A stretch of 61,838 bases of DNA, counting the filler, from Dimorphilus gyrociliatus (lineage: Eukaryota; Animalia; Annelida), in assembly GCA_904063045.1 (NCBI GenBank). It is 4 parts of 4 records of this genome, joined end to end, with 100 filler letters (N's around TTAATTAATTAA, not from the genome) between each part and the next. Parts side by side here need not be neighbours in the genome. Positions count along the whole stretch, not along the records: positions 35,005 to 53,154 come from CAJFCJ010000068.1; 3 more parts are not named here. The stretch is one strand, 5' to 3'. Position numbers and translations under genes: made by a program. Below are positions 35,339-44,594 of this stretch, piece by piece. Below the pieces are notes generated by a model that ran no database searches, was not told the DNA's origin, and saw nothing but the letters and a program-made list of their open reading frames with translations. Numbering within the stretch: position 1 is the stretch's first letter; every line of letters begins with the position of its first letter.

Positions 35339-38197
35339 ATGACTGACATGAAAAAATTGGGATTTACAGATAATCCAACTGGAAATTCAAAATCAAAACA
35401 TCTCACAAAGAAGGCACAAGAATTTTCCATTGATTTAGTGATGAAAACATTGCAGAGAATTATTAAAGATGAGACAGAAGAGAAAATGGACAAAGATATA
35501 TCAACTAATAGGGTAATACCATTATCTGGATTTAATTTCAATCAACAATTAAATACTCAATATGTTGTTAATTTAAGCAAATATCAGATCCCTAATGATA
35601 TCAATAATTTTTTAAATCTGGGTTTAAAGTTTGTATATGAAAGTATAAAACCAAAAAAATGGAAGCAATATACATTATTTAATTTAGAAAGATTTTTTAA
35701 AAAAGTATCAGTCATTAAGAAACTAAATAAATCAACAAGTGAGGAAAATCTTAGATGTATTAATTATCAATGGATACCAAAAGGATATGAATCAAATGTT
35801 ACATGTATTGAGGAACAGGATGATGCTGATGATGATAGTGATGATGATGATGAGGATAGTGATGAAATGTTACAATTTTTTAAAGAATGCAGAAAAACAA
35901 TTCAAAATACCTTCTTTAAAGAGAACTTCAGGATTTTAAAATTTGACAAACAATTCTTTCAATCTCTGACAAAATTCCTTTCATTAAACATTGTAATTAA
36001 GCCAGCTGACAAAGGATCTTGTATTGTAATACAAAACACTGATGATTATATTTACATGTGCAATAAATTACTTTCTAATAAAAAGCAATATTCCAAACTA
36101 ACAACAAATTCTAATGAAAATGTTTGTCATAATAATTTCTTAAAAAAATCAGCATTGTATTATAAAGATTTAATTAACACATTTAGAGTTACTTTGGATG
36201 AAAAAGAATGTAAACATTTGTTAGAATCTGTCTGTTTAAAGAAAAACTCTTTTTACAAAAGAATATTTTATGGATTGCCTAAAATACATAAAGAATCAGA
36301 TCAATGGCTTCATAGTGGAAGGATTCTTAGAGGAAGACCTGTTGTTAGCAATTTAAGAACAGAATCTTATGAAATATCCAGATTTATATCACACCAACTG
36401 AAACCAATTAGTATGCTACATTCTTCATATATTGGTAATTCTCAACAACTATTGGATGAACTTAATAGAATTACAATTCCAAATGATGCTCTCTTAGTGA
36501 CTCTGGACATTAAAAGCATGTATACAAATATTGATACTTATACTGGTTTGAAAGCTATAAAATATTTTTTTGAAAAGTATCCCTCCAAGCAAAGACCTGA
36601 TAACTTTCTTATTCAACTACTAAAGTTCAACTTATATAAGAATCATTTTAAATTCTTAAACCATACATACTTACAAAAGAGTGGTTGTGCAATGGGTCAA
36701 AGCTATGCTCCAGCTTATGCAAACTTATGGATGGCTTGGGTGGAAGAAATCTACATTTCTAATATTAGGCCTAGACCTCTTTTTTACAAAAGATATTTGG
36801 ATGATATTTTCATAATTTGGACAAGCAGTATTGCTGAATTTCACAGCTATCTTCAGAAAGCCAATAACATACTGAAGAATTTAAAGTTTGAAGAAAGAAT
36901 TAGCCCTGAATCTATTAATTTCCTAGATTTAACACTCTTCAAGGGAACAAGATTTTTGTCAACAAATCAGTTGGATCATATGACCTTCTTCAAAAATTGT
37001 GAAACATTTCATCAACTTCATAAGACTTCTCTGCACCCTAAACACATCTTCAAAGGACTTTTAAAATCTCAATTCCAAAGGTTTCTTAAAAACAGCTCTT
37101 CTCCATTTCTATTCCTGCAAACTTCTCAAACTGTGATAAAATCCATTTTAAATCAAGGCTACAGCAGCAAAGAAATAAAAAAAGCAATGCTTTCAGTAAT
37201 AAAAGATCAATTGAAGAAAGAAAACTATGAAAGAATGTTGGAAGAAAATCAAAAGAAACACTTCAATATCCCAAAGAAATTGAGAGTATATTTTAACATG
37301 GCAGAAAAGATATTCTGTCCTCTAAAAATGAAATTCATTTTTAGAAAAAACTGTGTTGATTTAATCACAAAAAACTCAAAAATATTTCTACTACAATGTA
37401 AAGAATGTGGACAAATGATGTATTTCACAATACAACAGCAATATACAAATTACAGCATCTTCCAAACACTTACACACCTTTTGTCAAGAAAATATGTGGA
37501 ATTGAGGAATGTTGAGCTTGTTGAAAATTTTATCCAACATCAGCATTTTGCAGAAAATCAATTTAATATCACAATATTTCCATATGAACAATTACAAAGA
37601 GACAAATCACCAATTGAAATGAATAGACACATTTATGAGTTGAATATGAAGGATATCATGTATGACCCTTTTGGTTTAGTCAGATATACAAATTGTCAAA
37701 TTTACACAAAGCTACCATTAATTATGCCACATAGAAATGACCTGGGACCAGTCTTACAAAAGTTTTCAAAGATTTATAGAAATTTAAGTAATAAGAATTC
37801 AATATTTAAAAATATTCCTCTGATATTTGCTTTTACAAACAACATGAGTAGTTACTTTAAATTGATTCATAAAAATATATATTTCAAACAGAAACTAAAT
37901 AAATCCACTTCCTTATTTGATAAGAGTAATGCTACTGATAGAGATTCAACAGAAAAACACCAAGCCTCAATGAACAAAACTGGAACTAAGTCAATTAAAC
38001 ATTTTTACAAAAAGAAGAATACAGAGGAAACATCAACTATTAGCTTGCCTTCTCCACCAGAAAAAAGACCAAAATGTGATACAATAACAAGAAAATTCAC
38101 TACAAAGAGAAAAATAGATAATGAAACAGATGAACAACAATCAGTTGTAGAACAAAAGATTAAAAGGACAGGAAGAAGAATTAAGAAGAAAGTATAA
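35339..38197 (+). CDS. PLE reverse transcriptase ORF (952 aa) with degenerate GIY-YIG-like C-terminal domain and basic NLS-like tail
   Basis: IKPADKG, YGLPKIHK, GRPVVS, TLDIKSMYTNI, QKSGCAMG..YAPAYANLWM, YKRYLDDIF, INFLDL, HP.HIFKG; LLQCKECGQMMY, HF and DPFGL in the EN position. The true start may lie upstream. Confidence 0.92.
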   Translation: MTDMKKLGFTDNPTGNSKSKHLTKKAQEFSIDLVMKTLQRIIKDETEEKMDKDISTNRVIPLSGFNFNQQLNTQYVVNLSKYQIPNDINNFLNLGLKFVYESIKPKKWKQYTLFNLERFFKKVSVIKKLNKSTSEENLRCINYQWIPKGYESNVTCIEEQDDADDDSDDDDEDSDEMLQFFKECRKTIQNTFFKENFRILKFDKQFFQSLTKFLSLNIVIKPADKGSCIVIQNTDDYIYMCNKLLSNKKQYSKLTTNSNENVCHNNFLKKSALYYKDLINTFRVTLDEKECKHLLESVCLKKNSFYKRIFYGLPKIHKESDQWLHSGRILRGRPVVSNLRTESYEISRFISHQLKPISMLHSSYIGNSQQLLDELNRITIPNDALLVTLDIKSMYTNIDTYTGLKAIKYFFEKYPSKQRPDNFLIQLLKFNLYKNHFKFLNHTYLQKSGCAMGQSYAPAYANLWMAWVEEIYISNIRPRPLFYKRYLDDIFIIWTSSIAEFHSYLQKANNILKNLKFEERISPESINFLDLTLFKGTRFLSTNQLDHMTFFKNCETFHQLHKTSLHPKHIFKGLLKSQFQRFLKNSSSPFLFLQTSQTVIKSILNQGYSSKEIKKAMLSVIKDQLKKENYERMLEENQKKHFNIPKKLRVYFNMAEKIFCPLKMKFIFRKNCVDLITKNSKIFLLQCKECGQMMYFTIQQQYTNYSIFQTLTHLLSRKYVELRNVELVENFIQHQHFAENQFNITIFPYEQLQRDKSPIEMNRHIYELNMKDIMYDPFGLVRYTNCQIYTKLPLIMPHRNDLGPVLQKFSKIYRNLSNKNSIFKNIPLIFAFTNNMSSYFKLIHKNIYFKQKLNKSTSLFDKSNATDRDSTEKHQASMNKTGTKSIKHFYKKKNTEETSTISLPSPPEKRPKCDTITRKFTTKRKIDNETDEQQSVVEQKIKRTGRRIKKKV

Positions 38198-38393
38198 ACA
38201 TTGTAGAATTTTTAATTAGTTTGTTTTGCATATTTGTTTTGTTTCTTCAAAATTTATATTTTGTTATATAAACAAAATTATATCAATTTGTGTATTCTTA
38301 GTTTCTTTTATTCAAATGTTCATGTTGTTTTTTTTATGTAGAATATACATAACATATTATATTACATTTTTCCTTATATATAGATTTTCTAAA

Positions 38394-39434
38394 ATGGCAA
38401 ACAACCTTCCACAAAACCAAATTGAAATGATAGAAAATGATGGAAATTTAATAAACCACACTATAGATATTGAACATTTTTTACCACCTTCTTTTGAACA
38501 ATTTTTCAACTTTAGAACATTTTATAACCATCTTTTAAGATTTAAAAGAGATGACAAAAACCATCCTCCTATATTTGATGGAAATAAATTTGAAAAACTT
38601 GCAGTAGACAAAATGATAAAATTCAAAGAATTTTGTGATGAAAAAATGTGGCTTGTTCAAGAACACCAACCACATAACTTAAACAAACAACAACTTGGAG
38701 AAATAATATTAAGACAATTGAATAGCACTGATCATATTGTAAAGTTTTTCAATACAATCAAAGTTAATAGAATAAATCATCCAAATATTAATGAAATGAT
38801 GACATCTTTCACAGAGATTGGAGTGAATCTAAGAGAAGAGGAAGTTGAAAATCTTATGAAAATTCAACAGCCTGGAGTTGAATTAACAAACAATTATAAT
38901 TTGCTTCTGCTGACAGATGGCAGTTTGGGTGATTTAGATTTGCTTCAAATAGAAGATGTTAAGAGAAATATAAATTTTGGTGGAAATATTTTAATTATAA
39001 ACATTTCTGGTCTATCATTTAAAAATTGCAAAGAAATTTTATCAAAATGGAATATAAAAGCTACAGTTGTAGCCCTTCATATTCTTTTTGATATCATTAA
39101 TGATGTTGATGAGAATTTTCCAGATATTTACAAAAACAATGGAAACTTTAAAGAATGTCTCCTATTTATAAAATACAATGTTCGAAATCATATAAATAAT
39201 CAATTACCACCACCAGAAAATTTATGAAAAATGTTCACAAATGTTTTTTATATCAATAGCATTATAAGAGGAGATCCTTTTCATAGACGAATGCAGCAGG
39301 GAAAGATCTCTTCATTAAGAAATGTTGTTCAACAACTGATTTTTAATGAAATTTTAGTGAACACAAAAGAAATGATGGTTCAGCAACAAAGAAGGACTGG
39401 AAGAAGGAGATTAAATAGACAAAGATATCAGTGA
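38394..39434 (+). CDS. PLE accessory ORF2 (38394-39227) plus in-frame ORF3 (39231-39434); SGNH/GDSL-like pattern
   Basis: Same frame, separated only by TGA-AAA; LLLTDGS, INISGL, VVALHI, GDPFH; ends RRTGRRRLNRQR; splice-acceptor-like TATATAG at 38383 just upstream. Confidence 0.6.
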
Positions 39435-39970
39435 GAATTGCACAAATCATTCATATTATATATTATTGCTTTCCATGTCTTTTTTATGCAAACATATTAT
39501 TTTATATTTCATTGAAAAAACATTCATATAATAACTATGTATTCATCTTAGTGCAGGATACAAATTTTACAAACAAAAAAATAACAAAGCAGCAATTTAA
39601 TTATGTCACTTAAAAGTTAAATATATTATTGTGCAACATGCTTGTCATATTCACAACCTAGATATTGAATTATCAGTCCATATGAAAGTGAGGGAAGCTC
39701 CAGTGTTTTCATTTAAGAATCATTTTTGTTTATCTATAATATTCTGAATTAAATATGTTCTAATTGATATACTTTGAACAATTCTTTAATTAACACTATA
39801 AGATCTATCAGACAATTTGGATTTTATATTCTACTCTCACACATTATACATAACCAAACATTTAAAACAAAAAGAATTACAGCAAAAATTCATGCAAGGA
39901 AGGATACAATTATAGAATTGGTCCTATCCTCCCCTTCATGATAGTATTTAGGTTAAGCTATCCTCTGAAA

Positions 39971-40020
39971 TGACCCTGATGAGTCTTTGCTAAAGGGGAA
40001 GACGAAACCATGGTAGGTCA
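39971..40020 (+). ncRNA. Minimal type I hammerhead ribozyme
   Basis: Stem I TGACC/GGTCA, core CTGATGA, stem II GTCTT/AAGAC, GAAA, palindromic stem III CCATGG, GUA triplet with predicted cleavage after 40015. Confidence 0.92.
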
Positions 40021-40499
40021 ACCATACTTGGTTCCATTTCACTTAATACTAGATATATACTACATTAAGACATTAAATCATCAATCAACTTGAGATGTGA
40101 AGACTACTTGATTCATATTGTGCAATAAGTTCTTACTCTAGCAACTCCTCAATAGCTACACCAACCCTTAGCCAAAGCTTGGTTATAAGTGTGTGTGCAC
40201 TTTTGGGATTACCAGGCTGTACTGATTGTGCTAATCCCTAACCCCAAGACCTAACCCTGAGTTGTGTGAGTGGCCTAACCCTAATCCTGTGGACATTTTC
40301 TCTTGTGGACATTTTCTCCATAAACCTTTGAAATGGTGCAGAAATTGCAAAATGTGCCAGCATAATAACAAGACAAATGCCCAAAAGATATTTCATGATT
40401 TGAAAGTAGCTTTCTTAATCAATTTGAATAATGTGAAAGTTGAAAATGATATGATATAAATTTGATATAAATATATGACAATTTCAGGACATTTTGCCA

Positions 40500-40858
40500 C
40501 TCAATAATTTGTAATAGCAGGTTGCCAAATTACCAAACTAATGTCCAATGTTGAAAGGGTAGAGTGCTGTCTAAGTAAGGTTGTTTCCAGTTGATCTTTC
40601 CAGTTTAAGGTAATACAGTTGGACTATAACAGCAAGGGTTTATATGCATGTAGGTTTGTCTCCAATATACAATCATCACTTTACTGTTAGTGGTCTATGA
40701 ATAATATGTTACAAAGTTCAACACTTGAGATAATTAATTAACCATACTTTGGCCAAACCCTTTCAAAAGCTTATCAATCACAACTTGGCCAACACTTAGT
40801 GGCACTTAAAGTTGAACCTTATGTATGACCAGACAAGGTCAGAATTTGGCTAAATGGT
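40500..40858 (-). mobile_element. Degenerate LTR fragment related to families A and C
   Basis: GCAGGTTGCCAAATTACCAAAC, CAATCATCACTTT, GTTACAAAGTTCAACA and TTGGCCAA blocks. Confidence 0.75.
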
Positions 40859-41095
40859 GATTGTATTTCTCTCAAAGGTTTTTGAATAAGTAGTACACAG
40901 GTATAAAATAGTAACAGATTAATTTTTGTTTACAGCCTTCAGAAGCATATTACACAGTATTGAGTTATTGAAGTCTTAAACTGGTTTTTTTGCTATTCAT
41001 TTTATCATAAACTCCATATTGTCAAAAAAATATAAAAGATATATATATGTATATATATCAACTAGAATATTTTATACTTTCACACATTTCAAATC

Positions 41096-41401
41096 ATGAA
41101 ATATCTTTTGGGCATTTGTCTTGCTATTATGCTGGCACATTGTGCAATTTCTGCACCATTTCAAAGTGAATTGATGGAGTTATTGGATGGAAGAGATGAA
41201 GGATTGATGGAAACTCTTCTTATGAGAGAATTATTGGAGAAGGTATTATATATAGAAAATTTATTCCATAAGCTTTATTTGTACTTTTCCTTTCAGCGAT
41301 ATACTAGCAGAAATTCTTGCCTACATTGCAAACGACAATTTTTTGAGAATTGTAATTCAAGAAGATCATATTGTCTTGCAACCTATAATATATCTTTCTA
41401 A
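41096..41401 (+). CDS. Small secreted prepropeptide (signal, acidic pro-region, KR, 4-Cys mature peptide); intron 41243-41296
   Basis: Splicing gives ...RELLEK/RYTSRNSCLHCKRQFFENCNSRRSYCLATYNISF*; GT-AG 54-nt intron. Confidence 0.75.
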   Translation: MKYLLGICLAIMLAHCAISAPFQSELMELLDGRDEGLMETLLMRELLEKVLYIENLFHKLYLYFSFQRYTSRNSCLHCKRQFFENCNSRRSYCLATYNISF

Positions 41402-41563
41402 TATCAGAAAGAAGGGGAGAAAAGCTTATGTAAAATTAACAAAAGCTCCACACATTAAGGAAAAACACTAGAATGCATAATTTTTTGAGAGTAGAATGTT
41501 TTTATTACATCTGATATTTTTTCTCTTTAATACATATTTTACAAGATTTATGATTACTTGTAT

Positions 41564-41830
41564 TGTACTTTGTTGTATTGTGATTGTAGGAATTTTGTTC
41601 TCATCCCAAACATATTTGTCCATACCCCTCATTTAATATTACACCAAAGCACTTGTCCAAATAGAACCTCAACAAATGAATGATATTTGTCCAAAGTTTT
41701 ATATCAAACTTTCAACAAAAAGCCAGTGTTTTCCAAATAAGATATGTATTGAATATTCTGAGCTTTTATCTCTATCTGTACCCAGCTCACAATGCTATTG
41801 TTAAGTATTCATATTAAATAGTATTGAATT
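41564..41830 (-). mobile_element. Partial LTR family D copy
   Basis: TGTACTTTGTTGTATTGT start and further blocks match 43661 onward. Confidence 0.7.
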
Positions 41831-42707
41831 AAGTCTATGGTTTTCTAAAAGAGCATCTATATTGAACTGAAGTATCACAATTTATTTTTAAACATTCATT
41901 TTTTCACTCACACAGTACTGTCACATATTTTCCCTTTTATACCTCTCACAGTTACCCTTGTCATTTAAGTGTGGGCCTGATTCTACTCATCTTCAATATT
42001 ACTAAAAAGATTGAGGGAAACCTCAATTGTAATTCAGACCACATGTTTTTCATTGCTGATTGTAAAAAGTGTAATTGGGCTATGGCTAGCTTCACCATAT
42101 CTCCACTACATAGAATGTCTGGCTCTTTTGCAAATACCAACACTCTGAATCTATTAGAATGTTGGCCATCCCCATGGTGGCATATTAAAACAGTCTTCAA
42201 TAAACCACAAAACAAATTCTCTATTGTGAATAACATAGAGAGCCTGAACAACAGCAATGACACAATTCTCACCATGGCCAATAGCTGGGTGGGGGATGAT
42301 CAGGATAGTAGTTTTGCAGGTATTAATCTCCTATTGGAGATACAGAGAGAAATTGACAGTGAATGAAAATTAATAGGGCTAGTTATTGGCTGAGTAGGGA
42401 TTGAACACCTCTTTAATGGGGAACAGGTTGTGGTAGTTGGCAGTGAACAAACAGTTCCCCAACAAAAACACCACATCTGGTTCTTATATCCTAACCCTAA
42501 GCTATAGCCCCCTAAAAAGATACAAATTAGTGAAACTTTACAACCAACCCTAACCTAAGATAATGGAACCAACACTTAACTTAGCAGAGAAGAAGGTACA
42601 GACTGGACAGACATGGGACCTGTTCAGAACAAATTGTTAAATAAAAAATGGGGTAATTTGTGGGGAGACACCTCTCTATGAGAGAACAGATGGTTGACAG
42701 TTGGCAG

Positions 42708-43342
42708 TGTACTGCTCTTGCTGGCAAAATCTATGCGTTTGCAAGTTATAACAATACTGGTTCTACTCGAACCTTTAAACAAATGTTTAAATTAAAACAG
42801 TTTATTCGCAATAATAATACTTAAGCAAGTAACAATATGAGAGTTCGATAGCAGAGTAGATAGTTTGTAAAAGCAGGTTGCCAAATTACCAAACTGTCTT
42901 CCAATGTTGAGGAGTAGATGGATGGTTCCAGTGGAGGTTGTTTCCAGATGATTTTCCCAGGTCCTTGGGTCCAGATGGAAGCTGCATGCCAAATGAGAAT
43001 AATGAGGATTTATATACTTTGAGGTTTGTCTCTGACATCCAATCATCACTTTACAGTTGCCAAAATGTGTAGTTCATATTTATCTTTAGTAACAGGATGT
43101 TACAAGGTTCAACATTTAGGAAGGTTAATTGAATTATAACTTGGCCACACCCTAGGCAAGTTAATTAAATTATAACTTGGCCAAACCTTTATTGGTAATT
43201 AAAGATGAGCCTTCAAGCTGACTAATCAGACTTATGTTTGGCCAATGTTATAGCATTTTCTTGCGTAGGTTTTAAGATGTACATGTATATGTTGCATAAA
43301 ATAATAGAGTTCAAGCATGTAAAATATAACCAAAGTTGTACA
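42708..43342 (-). mobile_element. Solo LTR family A with 4-bp TSD GCAG
   Basis: GCAG at 42704-42707 and 43343-43346; fixes the LTR boundaries at TGTAC...GTACA. Confidence 0.95.
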
Positions 43343-43660
43343 GCAGTGAACAAAAGTTCCCCAACAACATGGGTCTACAGACCTTATGCTACATAGTACA
43401 CAAAGGATATATATATATCAATGAGTTAGTTTTGATCCAAAAAAATCAGTGCTGTGGCAAAAATTCCCAATTCTGGGCCGTTTAGGAGTTTCGTTATGCG
43501 TCATCCTAGATGTTTCAATTTTGTTGGAGGTGATAGAGCTCAAAAAGAGCTTTTCACTGATATGCTACACGACCATGTAGCTTTTACAGTTCAGGAGTGG
43601 CTGAGCTTCGAAAATCAAAAATTTTCCAAGTTCAGGTAGAAAAATAAAAATATTTCTTTC

Positions 43661-44594
43661 TGTACTTTGTTGTATTGTAATTGTAGGAATTTCTGGTTCG
43701 TCACAACTGTAATTGTCCTTTCCAATCATTTACCAACTTGCCAAAGTACTGGTCCAAATAGAACCTTTAAAGTTCGTCCACAAATAGTCTAACAAAGGCA
43801 ATTTCGGTAGAAATTGATTAACAAAACACCAGTATTTCGTCCAAAGAATATGTATTGAGTAAAATGAGCTTCTAGTTCTAAACAAGCTAGTTTAAACAAC
43901 TAGCTGATGGTTAGAAAACTGAACTATCAACTGTTAATTTCATAGGGTTTATATACTCTTTTAAGGGTTGATAGTTCACAAATTTCAATGTTCACAAAAA
44001 CAAAAGTAACATTTGAAGACAAAGAAAAGTTGTAAATATGGTCATGTTTTTATTGTTTTCCTCTTCTAAATAATAGTTGAATTTCGAAGGTTGGAGAGTT
44101 GCATAAGATGTAACAATTTTAGTAGGACAAGTCCAACAATCAAGAAAACATGTAGATTGTATATTTGACCGTTTTTATATTCTACCTTAATAATGATATT
44201 CAATTGATTGAGTTAGTAAATTTAGCATCAGCATATAAGGAGGAAGTATATCTGATTAATGCATGTTAAAAAGAACAGTATTGTATATACAATACTGTTG
44301 AATAGTGAATATAATCTAAACTTAGAATTGAAGCATAATTGATAATTAATTGAACTAGTTTTAGTTCGAAATCATAAATTTATGGATTAATAAATTGTAA
44401 TATTAATGCTAGGTTGCAAATAGCAAATATTCTTATATAATTCAATAGGTTTTATTACTGCATAATGTGTATGCACTGCCCTATACGAAACTAGGTCACT
44501 ACTGCTTATCTTTATCAGTGCTATCTGCATAGTACAATACTGGTTCAATACTACTTCTCTATTGTAGAATATAGCTGACGAATGTATGTGTACA
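43661..44594 (-). mobile_element. Solo LTR family D (934 bp) with 5-bp TSD CTTTC
   Basis: CTTTC at 43656-43660 and 44595-44599; the homologous repeat near 60830 lacks this insert. Confidence 0.85.

Larger units (their letters stand above)
35005..40130 (+). mobile_element. Penelope-like retroelement, multi-ORF; 5' end lost in the gap, 3' boundary approximate
   Basis: PLE RT, co-oriented downstream ORF(s), hammerhead ribozyme. Confidence 0.85.

Noticed and set aside
39225-39227. Selenocysteine recoding of the ORF2 TGA
   Set aside because: No SECIS recognised, and TGA stops recur in unrelated elements, consistent with CGA deamination
40021-40290. Telomere docking of the PLE through downstream CCCTAA repeats (Athena/Terminon style)
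   Set aside because: The CCCTAA tract is over 200 nt beyond the hammerhead cut, belongs to a repeat found twice elsewhere without a PLE, and abuts a MULE-type TIR motif; not excluded but unsupported
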